From: Neovahlkampfia damariscottae
Lineage: Eukaryota
Length of the DNA stretch: 64,000 nucleotides
Assembly (NCBI GenBank): GCA_016618085.1
Contig: JABLTG010000106.1
Span: 1 to 64,000, forward strand
Reading direction: 5' to 3'
In this document: positions 22,654-32,723 of the stretch, piece by piece
Layout of the letters: each line of letters starts with the position of its first letter
How positions within the stretch are numbered: position 1 is the first letter of the stretch
The notes under the pieces: model-generated
The model's input: only the letters and a program-made list of their open reading frames with translations
Database searches by the model: none
What the model was told of the DNA's origin: nothing
Position numbers and translations under genes: made by a program

Positions 22654-23139
22654 TTAATTATAAAAATCATTACGTAATTGCGCTTTACTAACACGATTGT
22701 TGTTTTTGAATGATACTTCAACACCACCATTAATTTTTTTTTCTAAATTATAAATTTTTGCATCTAATTCTTGGTTCTTGCCTTCAATCATAAAAAGTTG
22801 CCCATTATAACGACCTATATAATTATTTATTTCGTCTATTTTTTTTTGTATTTTGTCTATTTCATTTTGTGTTGGTTCATATTTAATATCAATACATAAG
22901 AAACCTGATAATGCTAAAACTGTTTTATCATCTGTCTCATATTTGTTAGTTAATATCACATCTAATAATTTGTTCATGGTTTCTGCCGAACAATTTACAT
23001 AAAATTCTGTTTCTGTTGTTTCAGCCATTTTGCAACTTTTTGCCATTTCCCAGTAGGCATTCAATGTATCTGATAATTCAATGACTGTCTCATCTACTTG
23101 AATTTTTGTTCCCCTACAATTTAATGTTAATAATTCCAT
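22654..23139 (-). CDS. BTB/POZ-like domain + coiled-coil protein
   Basis: LLTLNCRGTKIQV...SDTLNA...EFYVNCSAETMNKLLDVI. Confidence 0.6.
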   Translation of the reverse strand: MELLTLNCRGTKIQVDETVIELSDTLNAYWEMAKSCKMAETTETEFYVNCSAETMNKLLDVILTNKYETDDKTVLALSGFLCIDIKYEPTQNEIDKIQKKIDEINNYIGRYNGQLFMIEGKNQELDAKIYNLEKKINGGVEVSFKNNNRVSKAQLRNDFYN

Positions 23140-23190
23140 TTAATATAACTAATTTATATTAAATTCTTTAAACCAATAATTAATTTAAAT

Positions 23191-23640
23191 TTATATTTCA
23201 TATTTATGTATTTTTTTTCGTGGGTGGTAAGCATACTCTCCGCTAAATCGATCATAAGCGTCATATAGTTTCAAATATCCTGTATATAACTTTTCATATG
23301 CTAATTTTAGTTTTTTAAAATTTTTTTCATTGAAAACATCAATTTTTGAGTAACTTTCTAAAGGCTTTTCTTCTAAACATTTATTAACTAAATCATCAAT
23401 TAAACGACTAGAACAATCATAATCTTTAATAATTTCTAAATAATCATCAATAAATGAATAAATTGGATCACCTGATTGATTTAAATTATTTTCCATATTT
23501 TGAAAAATCATAAAGAAGCATTGTTCATAAGTTAAACATTTATCAAAATCTTCATAATCCATACCTTTAACATTTAATACATCAGTGAAACGTTTAGATA
23601 ATTTAAGTTGCTTTAACGGTACAATGTGAGTTTTTCCCAT
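23191..23640 (-). CDS. Hypothetical viral protein
   Basis: 149-aa ORF with TGGTTTAAAGAAA upstream. Confidence 0.55.
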   Translation of the reverse strand: MGKTHIVPLKQLKLSKRFTDVLNVKGMDYEDFDKCLTYEQCFFMIFQNMENNLNQSGDPIYSFIDDYLEIIKDYDCSSRLIDDLVNKCLEEKPLESYSKIDVFNEKNFKKLKLAYEKLYTGYLKLYDAYDRFSGEYAYHPRKKIHKYEI

Positions 23641-23684
23641 AATAATTATATATTATATTGATTTCTTTAAACCAAAAAATTAAA

Positions 23685-26600
23685 TTAATGTTTGGTCACA
23701 TTACAATTAACACATGTGATCTGTATGTTCCCTTTTACATGAGCAAGAACATTGTTCAAACGGTCAATACTAATGTTATTACCGTCGTACCTATCTGAAA
23801 CTAAATTCAAATATTCTAAACAACACGCACATTTACCTTTTTGATTATTGAACATTTGTCTAATATCTTGTTCAGTCACAAAGTCTTCATCCTTGAATTC
23901 TCTTCCGGCGAATATATCTTGTTCTTTGTAACCTTCAATCATTCTGTCAAAATTATATTTTAATTGCAATTGAGTTCCATTTTGCCTAATGATTAAATTC
24001 ACTTTGTTCAAATCTGTTGTTCTAGTGATGGCTGTCCATATCCACCGTGCAGTCATGAATTTACTTTCTGTATCAAAGATATTCAATATTTTGTCAGTTG
24101 TTATTCCTTGAGTTGAATGACCAGTTAATGAGAAATACGGGCGGAAATTCTTGTCTAACCTCTTGGTTTCAATTGTGTACTCTTTTTTACTAAATTCATC
24201 TTTTAATTTAACTTCATCTTTGTTGATGTCAATAATTTTGTAAACATAGTTTGTATGAAATGTATGATCTTTGGTTACCATTCGGTTCTTAACAAAACAA
24301 TCAATATCTTTGCACCAGTTGAAATTTTTGCAATTAATTTTCTTTTTATCAATCTTTGACAATACATTTTGACAAACCATAACAGCAGTTGAATTAAATA
24401 ATGTAATATTTGTCGAAGTTTTTAAATTTGTTCTCTTGTTGATACTAATGTTAAATTCTTCTTCTAATTGTTTCAAAAATTGTCTTCTCGGCATTGTTTC
24501 AAATTGTGTGAAAATGAATTCTTTGAGCTTCAATAATTTATCTTTTTGTTTCTTATCTGTTAATCTTCTTGATTGATGGAGTTGTAAATGATTAGGAAAC
24601 ATATTTTTAATAATTTTGTTATAAATGGTTGTGTCATTGATTGTTTCAATTGGTGCATTTTGTAAATTATCACCAGTTGCGATAAATATCTTTTCATCGT
24701 TTTCTTTCATAATTTTGTTTAATTTTGATAAATGATAAGTTGTTAAATTATAAATCTCATCAATGAGTATGACATCAAATGGTGATAAGTCATAAACCTT
24801 TTTGGTTTTAGCTTCTTCACCAACGATTAACCCTGCAAAGTTACAAAATGTAATTGCTACAACATTATCAAATTTTGTTTGAATATCCAAAGCCAAAACA
24901 TTGGTTGGACAAACAACTAACACCTTTTTGCCAATAGATTGATAATACATGATAGTATTTGTTGTTTTTCCTGCTCCTGCCAAATCTGCACGAATTAATG
25001 TTTTGTTCATTAATTTATTAAATTCTTTGTTATCAAATTCATCATCTAATTCAATTTTATTAAATTCTTGTGGTTTCACATATTTAACTTTAACGGAACG
25101 TTTACCAATAACAACACATTTAGCTTGACAGTTATCACAACAATTTTCATCTAAGTCATGCATCTTTAATTCTGATTTAGTTTCGAATTTATCTTCAACA
25201 ATATTTTTGATTGATCCAAATGTATCACCAACTTGAAATGATAATTTTGAAAGATCAGGTTTCTTAAATGTGTAAATACAATCAGTTTTAACAGCTGTGA
25301 CTTCAATATTTTGTTTTTTTAATTCTTCAGCCATGATGTATAATTTGGTTCTCATGGTGTCATAAATCAAAGCTTGAATTAAATAAAATCCATTCTTAAG
25401 TGGTTTCTTTACTCCTCTTTGTTCAATATACCATAATTCAGTATCTCTGATATTCTTTGGGAAATTCTTTGTATCTTCCGCAGATAAATAATGACTTGCT
25501 TCTGTTACATCATCATAAATTCCAGATTTTGAAGCTTGATTGTGTTTCTTGCCGGTTAATCCAATTCCTTTGTTGAAAATAAATTTTTGATCATCTTTGT
25601 TTAAATTACTATTCATAATTTTGTCCATTAATGGTGGAAGTAATTGATTATTAACTGTTTTGTTCAATTTACAAAAAAATAAAATTCTAACTTTTTGATA
25701 TTGCATGATCTTTAATAAATTAACTCCATATGTTAACCTTATCCTTGTATCTGATAATATTCTATTTTCAAAAGTGTCATCAATTCTAATTGCATATAAA
25801 TATGATTGACAAATTTCTTCATCATTGTATTTTTCAAATGCATCAAATGGAGTAGCAACCGGAATGAATGATGATTGATAAAGTATTGATGAATAAGCTT
25901 TGACAAAATCAATCGCGTATTTACTCTTTTTATTTAATGTACCAATTGCACAATTGATCGGAAAATTGTATAAATTATATTGTAATGAATTTGAGTATTC
26001 AGTTAGGTATTGTCTGGATAAAAGAGTTTTCATAAATTCATTGTCATACTTTTTGAATAATTTCATATAGTTGATTTCAGTAATTGCTCCAAGTTCTTTA
26101 TATCTGGTTTCATCAAATGAAGCATCATGATTAGTAATATTTACAATTGATTGATTGATTTTTAAATAAATATTATTAATTGATGATGAATATCTAACCT
26201 CTGGGTGGTATTTTAAATCGTATTTCAACCATTTTAATATTTCCGTTAGATTTCCACCATAATAAATTGTGTAAAATTTCTTTTCTTCAATTGGTAATGT
26301 GAAAAGTTCTTCTTTGTCTTTAATATATATTTCATTCTTTTCTTTCTGAGCTTGCATGTTGTAATAATCATTTGTTTTCAATTCATTCAATTCTTTGCTG
26401 TTCCATTTGTTGAGTTGATTAATTATTGGAAAAATATGGTTATTGGTAATAATTGCTTTGAAATGTCTATTTTTGATACGTTTTGGATATTCTGGTTTGT
26501 ATTTATAAACTATTTGATTTTGTGCATTTAAAAAAGTACATTCAAGTGAAAAATGTTCAAAAAATGATTTTAATTGTTCAACAGTAACACCTAATGTAGC

Positions 26601-27368
26601 TCTTGGTTTGTATGGTTTGTTATTAAAGAATTCATACAAGTTTTCATATGATAATTTCTTTTTGTCTAATTTTATTTGTTTTACACCATCGTACATTTGA
26701 ATTAAAGTGTTATACACACAAGCATCATTTTTAAACTTTCTTGGTAACTGATTTGATTTAATAAGTTCTTGAAGTGTTTTTCCTTTGTAATCAATTGCTT
26801 TGTTATTTATTGTTTCACTCAATTCTGATTTTAAATTATTTTTTAATAAATTGTATTTTTTAACCTTCACGTGAACAAATTCATCCAAAGAAATATATTC
26901 TATCAAACTGGCAAGTTGTTGGTAATATATTTTGTCTTCTTCGTCCATTAAATCTAATACTTCATCATATTCTTCAGAACCATTTTTGATTAATTTGTAA
27001 TCACCGTCATAATTTCCGATGTTTTCATCTTCTCCAAGCGATTTCAAATGTGTTATTTGTTCTTTTGATAACCTCATTGTTGCTGTGTGTTCTTTTCTTT
27101 TCATAATTAAATGTTTCCATTTTTCTCTGTGTGTTTCTTCACCCCACAAAGTAACATGGACGGAGTATTTTTTGATTGGTTGGTCATCGTTCAATTGTTT
27201 TTTAAGATGAAGACGTTCAATAGTTTTTATTAATTTTTGACCTTGTTTGTTGGTTAACATTGTTCTATTCCAAGCTTTACTCGGGTAAAAATAATAATAA
27301 TCTTTACCTTGAACCAAAATAGTTAGCTTCTTGTTTATATAATCATTAGCTAATTTTTTGTAATCCAT
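23685..27368 (-). CDS. Divergent family-B DNA polymerase - SF1 helicase - HNH fusion (1227 aa)
   Basis: PolB motif A AIDFVKAYSS, motif B KFIFNKGIG and motif C VKTDCI; helicase ADLAGAGKTT, ILIDE, GDNLQ, TGHSTQG and TAITR; C-terminal CACC...SIDR...HVKGN...CVNCN. Confidence 0.85.
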   Translation of the reverse strand: MDYKKLANDYINKKLTILVQGKDYYYFYPSKAWNRTMLTNKQGQKLIKTIERLHLKKQLNDDQPIKKYSVHVTLWGEETHREKWKHLIMKRKEHTATMRLSKEQITHLKSLGEDENIGNYDGDYKLIKNGSEEYDEVLDLMDEEDKIYYQQLASLIEYISLDEFVHVKVKKYNLLKNNLKSELSETINNKAIDYKGKTLQELIKSNQLPRKFKNDACVYNTLIQMYDGVKQIKLDKKKLSYENLYEFFNNKPYKPRATLGVTVEQLKSFFEHFSLECTFLNAQNQIVYKYKPEYPKRIKNRHFKAIITNNHIFPIINQLNKWNSKELNELKTNDYYNMQAQKEKNEIYIKDKEELFTLPIEEKKFYTIYYGGNLTEILKWLKYDLKYHPEVRYSSSINNIYLKINQSIVNITNHDASFDETRYKELGAITEINYMKLFKKYDNEFMKTLLSRQYLTEYSNSLQYNLYNFPINCAIGTLNKKSKYAIDFVKAYSSILYQSSFIPVATPFDAFEKYNDEEICQSYLYAIRIDDTFENRILSDTRIRLTYGVNLLKIMQYQKVRILFFCKLNKTVNNQLLPPLMDKIMNSNLNKDDQKFIFNKGIGLTGKKHNQASKSGIYDDVTEASHYLSAEDTKNFPKNIRDTELWYIEQRGVKKPLKNGFYLIQALIYDTMRTKLYIMAEELKKQNIEVTAVKTDCIYTFKKPDLSKLSFQVGDTFGSIKNIVEDKFETKSELKMHDLDENCCDNCQAKCVVIGKRSVKVKYVKPQEFNKIELDDEFDNKEFNKLMNKTLIRADLAGAGKTTNTIMYYQSIGKKVLVVCPTNVLALDIQTKFDNVVAITFCNFAGLIVGEEAKTKKVYDLSPFDVILIDEIYNLTTYHLSKLNKIMKENDEKIFIATGDNLQNAPIETINDTTIYNKIIKNMFPNHLQLHQSRRLTDKKQKDKLLKLKEFIFTQFETMPRRQFLKQLEEEFNISINKRTNLKTSTNITLFNSTAVMVCQNVLSKIDKKKINCKNFNWCKDIDCFVKNRMVTKDHTFHTNYVYKIIDINKDEVKLKDEFSKKEYTIETKRLDKNFRPYFSLTGHSTQGITTDKILNIFDTESKFMTARWIWTAITRTTDLNKVNLIIRQNGTQLQLKYNFDRMIEGYKEQDIFAGREFKDEDFVTEQDIRQMFNNQKGKCACCLEYLNLVSDRYDGNNISIDRLNNVLAHVKGNIQITCVNCNVTKH

Positions 27369-27415
27369 TTATACAATTATATGTTATTTTATTTTTATTT
27401 CTTTAACTCACTCAC

Positions 27416-27521
27416 CCAGAAATTTGGTTCCGTAAAAATTAGAAAAAAACTTTTTTAAAATATATAAATTCTTAAAAATAAAAAAAATAATTTCACAAAA
27501 ATTACGGAACCAAATTTCTGG
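27416..27521. repeat. Palindromic TCCG/CGGA module 4
   Basis: ccagaaatttggttccgtaa...ttacggaaccaaatttctgg; 80-bp span. Confidence 0.85.
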
Positions 27522-27562
27522 ATGTAAATATTAATAATTTAAATATCTTTGTTAGTTATATA

Positions 27563-27982
27563 ATGGGCGCTCATTGTTATGAATGTAAGATATATAAATG
27601 TTCTGGTGATTTATATCAATGTGAAAACAAATGCAATAGATATCTATGTACAAAATGTATTATAATTAAAAAATATTGTATTAACTGCACTGTAATAAAT
27701 ATTTCGAAAAGTATTGAAGATATTGAAAAAAAATTAAAAAAATTAGAAAAATTAGAAAAAAAAAGAGAATTAAAATTACCAAAGGATTATGTCATAGATA
27801 TTGATCCCATTGAAATATATTCAGATATTGAATTAGAATTAAGACAATTAAAAAGAGATGACCCATATTACAGTGTGGAAGATGAATTCGATGAAGATGA
27901 CGGAGAGGCTCAAAGAATATTAGATGATTTTTATGAAGAAAACAGAGAATTCTATCAAGAACTTGAACGTAAATATTATTAA
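27563..27982 (+). CDS. Cys-rich Zn-finger + acidic domain protein
   Basis: Four CxxC-type pairs; C-terminus paralogous to 18273-18563. Confidence 0.65.
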   Translation: MGAHCYECKIYKCSGDLYQCENKCNRYLCTKCIIIKKYCINCTVINISKSIEDIEKKLKKLEKLEKKRELKLPKDYVIDIDPIEIYSDIELELRQLKRDDPYYSVEDEFDEDDGEAQRILDDFYEENREFYQELERKYY

Positions 27983-28006
27983 TTTAAATATGTTTATTAA
28001 TAATAT

Positions 28007-29026
28007 ATGGAAAAAGAAATAAAAAGACTTATTAATGATCCAAATCTTGGTCTCACAAGTGATTTAACAAAATTAAAAAAAATGTTAAAAGACAATGGAA
28101 TAGATGCAACAATTGAACAAATTAAAAAAGTGAGAGATCAACAACCATGGTTTCAATTATCAACCGTACCAAAGAAACAAAAGGAATTTAACACAATTGT
28201 CGTACCTTCAAATGGATTTTTGTATTACATGGATGTTATGGTGTACAATAGATTTAAAATTCATGGTTATCAATATATTTTAAATTGTGTAGATACAAAT
28301 AGCAGATATGTTGCGTCAAGAGCTTTGACAAATATGAAACTAAAAGAAACAACAAGAGGTGGAAAAGCAGAAACACTTTTGGATGCAGTGAAAAGTATCA
28401 TGGAAGAAATGGGATATCCAAAAGAATTACGATGTGATAATCAATTTATTTCTGATGAATTTGTTAAATTAATGAAAGACCATGATGTTAAAGTTGTTTA
28501 TTCTGAAACTGATGATTTAATTAAAAATTCAATTGTGGAGAGTTTTAACAAGACATTAGCTGGTTTATTACAAAAGTGGAGACTATCAACAGGAAAACAT
28601 GAATGGTACAAGGTGTTACCAGATATAATTAAAAAATACAACAATACAGTTCATACAAGAACAAAAGCAACACCTAATGATGTTTGGAATTACAAAGATG
28701 TAAATCATCAGGAAATAAAACATTTTGAACCGAAATTTAAAATAAATGATAAAGTTAGAATTATTTTAAATAAGAAAGTTTTTGACAAATCGGATAGAGT
28801 AAGAAATTCAAAAAACATTTACATGATTGTTGAAAAGGTTGGAAATAAATTTAAACTCCAGAATTTAGAAACAAAAGAGATTTTAAATAAACTTTATAAT
28901 CCAAGAAACATGTTGAAGGTTACAAATGTTGAGGAAATAGAAGAAGTTGTGAATAAAACCAAATGGTCGAATATTGTTGGATATGAAGGAACAACAATAG
29001 TGAGAACGAGGAAGAAGAAAGAATAA
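28007..29026 (+). CDS. Retroviral-like (rve, DDE) integrase of Polinton/mavirus type
   Basis: YMDVM (D), CVDTNSRY, RCDNQF (D), SIVESFNKTL (E) and YNNTVHTRTKATP. Confidence 0.93.
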   Translation: MEKEIKRLINDPNLGLTSDLTKLKKMLKDNGIDATIEQIKKVRDQQPWFQLSTVPKKQKEFNTIVVPSNGFLYYMDVMVYNRFKIHGYQYILNCVDTNSRYVASRALTNMKLKETTRGGKAETLLDAVKSIMEEMGYPKELRCDNQFISDEFVKLMKDHDVKVVYSETDDLIKNSIVESFNKTLAGLLQKWRLSTGKHEWYKVLPDIIKKYNNTVHTRTKATPNDVWNYKDVNHQEIKHFEPKFKINDKVRIILNKKVFDKSDRVRNSKNIYMIVEKVGNKFKLQNLETKEILNKLYNPRNMLKVTNVEEIEEVVNKTKWSNIVGYEGTTIVRTRKKKE

Positions 29027-29125
29027 ATATTGTAAACTCCTGACATTGATGAGTTTGTACTTTTTGAGCACTCCATAAATTTTAAGTATTTCTTCAAACC
29101 ATTTTTTATTGATAAAATACAATTT

Positions 29126-29347
29126 TTATTTCTTTTTATTTCCTTTTTCGTATAGATCTGTAATCAATGTCTTTATAGCCATTAATATTGTCAAGCTCCA
29201 GTGACCCATGTCCTTGAACGCTGTATAAAGACTGATCCCTTCCATTACTGCTCTCCAGATTGATAGGCTCAGGACAGCCAAAAAACCAATAATATAAATT
29301 ATCAAAATAATAGCTATAATCCAATTTATCCAGTTGCAACATTTCAT
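29126..29347 (-). CDS. Small membrane protein
   Basis: Long hydrophobic stretch and basic tail; overlaps the 3' part of 29136-29759, so it may be an exon of that gene. Confidence 0.4.
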   Translation of the reverse strand: MKCCNWINWIIAIILIIYIIGFLAVLSLSIWRAVMEGISLYTAFKDMGHWSLTILMAIKTLITDLYEKGNKKK

Positions 29348-29759
29348 GCATCTTGTTGGTGGTTCCTCTTCTTCTTCCTCCTTTTGTCGTTTTATTTTTT
29401 CGCGAACTTACATTTTCTGGTTCAATTCCAGCCACTTTATCTAATAAATGTTTTAATCCAACAGGAAATATCTTCTTTTCTTCTTTTGTTAGGTCTTTCC
29501 ATTCTCCTAAATAATGTAATGAATTATTTTCGAGAATTCCAAGATCTTTTTGAATATATTGACTTTTATTCAACTTTCTGTATTCATATTTTACAATTTC
29601 TTCCAATGTATCATTATTTTGCCAATTTTTGACGACCAAGTTTGTATTTTCGTTTGGTTTGTTTCTTCCTTCAAGTGACATTTGATTTGTGAATATTTTT
29701 AGAATATTTTGGCCAATAATAATACTGAAAAGTTTAAAAACTCCATAATAAAATATCAA
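29136..29759 (-). CDS. Hypothetical protein (likely start at MSLEG, ~29681)
   Basis: Helical domain LGILENNSLHYLGEWKDLTKEEKKIFPVGLKHLLD; no family recognised. Confidence 0.4.
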   Translation of the reverse strand: MIFYYGVFKLFSIIIGQNILKIFTNQMSLEGRNKPNENTNLVVKNWQNNDTLEEIVKYEYRKLNKSQYIQKDLGILENNSLHYLGEWKDLTKEEKKIFPVGLKHLLDKVAGIEPENVSSRKNKTTKGGRRRGTTNKMHEMLQLDKLDYSYYFDNLYYWFFGCPEPINLESSNGRDQSLYSVQGHGSLELDNINGYKDIDYRSIRKRK

Positions 29760-29793
29760 CCAAAACTGAGATTATTCTTCAAAAAATCAATTC

Positions 29794-29897
29794 ACCTAAA
29801 ATGTTGTCCGATAAAATTGAATAAACTTTTTTAAAATATGAAAAATCTTAAAAATTAAAAAAATAATTTTCTAAAAAATACGGATAACATTTTGTGT
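29794..29897. repeat. Palindromic TCCG/CGGA module 5
   Basis: TCCG 29807 to CGGA 29884, 78 bp. Confidence 0.8.
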
Positions 29898-29901
29898 AAT
29901 A

Positions 29902-30780
29902 TTATTCTTCTTCTGTTTCATCTCCTTGCAATATGAGAACAAAATCAATAGTTTCCGTTAATTCCAATAAAATTGCTTGAGTTTCATCTTCATCTTTCAT
30001 ATCAAGATTTTCTAAATCATCATCTAAATCTCCATTGTAATCATCCTCTGTTATTTCTATTCTATTATGTTCAACAAAATTAGCCAAATCTTTGATAACT
30101 TCATCCATTTCTTCTTTTTCCAAAGTTCCATTTATTAATTCTTCATCCATAAAATCTTGGTAATGGAATTTAAAATTTTTAATTTCCTTTGGTTTTTCAA
30201 CTTCTTGTTTCTTGGTTTTTGTTCTTGTTTTTATTTCGGTTTCATTAATTTCTTCATAAGTTCCTGTTTTTTTGTTAAACATAACAGGACGACGAACAAC
30301 AGCAGCATTCTTTTTCTTTCCATCTATTTTCTTAACATTTGTAACCCAAGTGATATCAGTTCTTTTGTATTCATCATAAAAAACAGCTTTCAAGTTACAT
30401 TTATTCTTGTGGATTAATTTATGAGCTCTTATCATTCCTTCTTTGTTTAAAAGAACATTTTTATCACAAACATCACAATGGTAGAGATACTTAAGGACAT
30501 TAAGGTGTTTTTTACTTTTTCTATGGGTTAAAGCATCTCTTTTCTCCTTTATGTAAACATTACAAGTTTTACAATGATAATTATATCTTATTAACCCTTC
30601 ATGTATTTCTCTTTTGTGTTTTCCAAAACTTGAGATGTTACCGAGTGGTTTGTTACATTCGTGACAGAAATGTTTTTTAACTCCGTTTAATGCATTTTGA
30701 TGTTTTTTTGCTTTTTCGTGTTCTTTAAATCTACTTTCTAAAACTACGCTTCCACATACTTCACAGGTTACTTTTGACAT
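29902..30780 (-). CDS. Multi-C2H2 zinc finger protein with acidic C-terminus
   Basis: CEVC..H..H, CHEC..HKREIH, CKTC..H..H and CDVC..HKLIH. Confidence 0.8.
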   Translation of the reverse strand: MSKVTCEVCGSVVLESRFKEHEKAKKHQNALNGVKKHFCHECNKPLGNISSFGKHKREIHEGLIRYNYHCKTCNVYIKEKRDALTHRKSKKHLNVLKYLYHCDVCDKNVLLNKEGMIRAHKLIHKNKCNLKAVFYDEYKRTDITWVTNVKKIDGKKKNAAVVRRPVMFNKKTGTYEEINETEIKTRTKTKKQEVEKPKEIKNFKFHYQDFMDEELINGTLEKEEMDEVIKDLANFVEHNRIEITEDDYNGDLDDDLENLDMKDEDETQAILLELTETIDFVLILQGDETEEE

Positions 30781-30819
30781 CTTCTTAATAGTTAGTCTTA
30801 TTATTTCTTTAAACCATTA

Positions 30820-30925
30820 CCAGAAATTACGTTCCGTATTTTTTGAAAATAAATTATTTTTTGATTGGTTAATTTTTGTTTTTAAAAAAAATGTTTTTGT
30901 AAAAAATACGGAACCAAATTTCTGG
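30820..30925. repeat. Palindromic TCCG/CGGA module 6 (contains GATTGGTT)
   Basis: TCCG 30833 to CGGA 30912, 80 bp; near-identical inverse of module 7. Confidence 0.85.
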
Positions 30926-30990
30926 AAGTTATAATTTAATTAAATATATTAATTGGTATAAAGAAAAAATAATAAGAACAATATAGAACA

Positions 30991-31383
30991 ATGAGCACTG
31001 GAGATTTAATAGCCACAGTTTTTGAAAGAGAAGCGGAAATTCATCGTTTGGTAAACAGATTAAACTATGTCCTTGGTAGTAATTGTGAAGAATTTTTTTA
31101 CATATGGGTAAGTCACGACACAGATGAACAAAGTGTAAATGCATTTAATGAAATTGTTGATATTATTAATGAATTTAAATTTGACAAAGGAATTATTTTA
31201 AAAATATTAAATCGTTTAACATTCACTGGAGAATATGAAAATAAAAAACCTTTTCCTGATATTGATTTAACAAAATATTTTTTTAAGTTTTACCAAAATA
31301 AAAAAGCACCAAGAATAACAATTCAGGAATTCAAAGGTGTGAGGGATCATTTTTTAAATAATTCTTATGGTGATTATCAATAA
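30991..31383 (+). CDS. Hypothetical viral protein
   Basis: 130-aa ORF; its ~43-bp upstream region is duplicated before 31424. Confidence 0.55.
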   Translation: MSTGDLIATVFEREAEIHRLVNRLNYVLGSNCEEFFYIWVSHDTDEQSVNAFNEIVDIINEFKFDKGIILKILNRLTFTGEYENKKPFPDIDLTKYFFKFYQNKKAPRITIQEFKGVRDHFLNNSYGDYQ

Positions 31384-31423
31384 ATTGGTATAAAGAAAAA
31401 ATAAGAAAGAACAATATAGAACA

Positions 31424-31936
31424 ATGGTAGATTATAGAAACTCCAAAATTTATAAAATTGTATGTAATGTGACAAATTTAGTTTATGTAGGTTCCACAAC
31501 GAGACCACGACTTTGTCAGAGATTAACAAAACACAAATATAATTTTGTGCAATATCAACAAGGTAAGTATCAATATGTAACATCTTTTAAAGTTCTTGAA
31601 AATAATAATTATCAAATAATTTTAATTGAAGAATTACCAGATTGTCAAAATGTAGAACAATTACGTGCCAGAGAGAGATATTGGATAGATCAAATGGATT
31701 GTGTTAATAAAAACAGACCTTATTTAACACCGGAGGAAAAAATAAATTATCATGCTGATTGGCTGGAAAAAGTAAAGGAAGAAACACCAAATTATAGATC
31801 AATTGTAAATGAAAAACATAGATTGAAACATAGTCAAAGAGAATTATGTATATGTGGTGGATTTTACAAAAAATACGGTCGTTGGATGCACCAACAAACT
31901 AAAAAACATAAAAATTATTTTCAAAATCAAATTTAA
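31424..31936 (+). CDS. GIY-YIG endonuclease 1
   Basis: KIYKI...VYVGST..RLCQRLTKH...RERYWI...CVN; C-terminal CICG...H..TKKH. Confidence 0.88.
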   Translation: MVDYRNSKIYKIVCNVTNLVYVGSTTRPRLCQRLTKHKYNFVQYQQGKYQYVTSFKVLENNNYQIILIEELPDCQNVEQLRARERYWIDQMDCVNKNRPYLTPEEKINYHADWLEKVKEETPNYRSIVNEKHRLKHSQRELCICGGFYKKYGRWMHQQTKKHKNYFQNQI

Positions 31937-31964
31937 TTATTTATATTACAATTGGTAACATAAA

Positions 31965-32030
31965 TTAAACCATCATGATACTACCACCGTGTTTATTATT
32001 TTTAACTCTGTGTTTCATCATTAATCCACT
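31965..32030 (-). pseudogene. Orphan duplicate of the last 21 codons of ORF 32724-33857
   Basis: SGLMMKHRVKNNKHGGSIMMV* versus AGLMAKHKVKNNRYGGSLMIV*. Confidence 0.85.
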
Positions 32031-32083
32031 AAAATTTATTTAAAGAATTATTATGAATACAAACTATCAAAAAAAAATAAAAA

Positions 32084-32722
32084 ATGGTAAATTATGGCAA
32101 TGGTAAAATTTATAAAATTGTATGTAATGTGACAAACCAGATTTATATTGGATCAACCACAAAAGACCGATTGTGTCAAAGATTAACCAAACATGTTGGG
32201 GATTTCAAAAGATACAAACAAGACAAATGTGGTTATATAACATCATTTAGAATTATTGAGAATAACAATTATTCAATAGTGTTATTAGAAAATTATCCGT
32301 GTAAAAATAAAGATGAGCTACAATCAAGAGAAAGATTTTGGATCGAACAAAATGATTGTGTAAATAAAATTATTCCTACAAGATCAAGGAAAGAGTATCT
32401 TTTAGCAAATAAAGAAAAAATAAAAAATTATAAAAGAGAATATGACAAACAATATAGTGAACTAAATAAATTGAAAATACAAGAATATAGAAAAAACTAT
32501 TATAAAAATAATAAAGAAAAAATCAAAGAAAAAGCAAACAATTATTATAAAAATAATAAAAGTGTTAATGAAATTTCACATAATAAAACATGTCAAATTC
32601 AACAAACAAATAAAAAACTCTTTTCATGTGAATGTGGTTCTATTATGCAAATAAATGCCAAAGCAAGACACAAAAAATCGAAAAAACATCAAACATTTGA
32701 AAAAAGTCAAAATAAACAATAA
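32084..32722 (+). CDS. GIY-YIG endonuclease 2
   Basis: GKIYKI...IYIGST..RLCQRLTKH...RERFWI...CVN; CECG...HKKSKKH. Confidence 0.88.
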   Translation: MVNYGNGKIYKIVCNVTNQIYIGSTTKDRLCQRLTKHVGDFKRYKQDKCGYITSFRIIENNNYSIVLLENYPCKNKDELQSRERFWIEQNDCVNKIIPTRSRKEYLLANKEKIKNYKREYDKQYSELNKLKIQEYRKNYYKNNKEKIKEKANNYYKNNKSVNEISHNKTCQIQQTNKKLFSCECGSIMQINAKARHKKSKKHQTFEKSQNKQ

Positions 32723-32723
32723 C

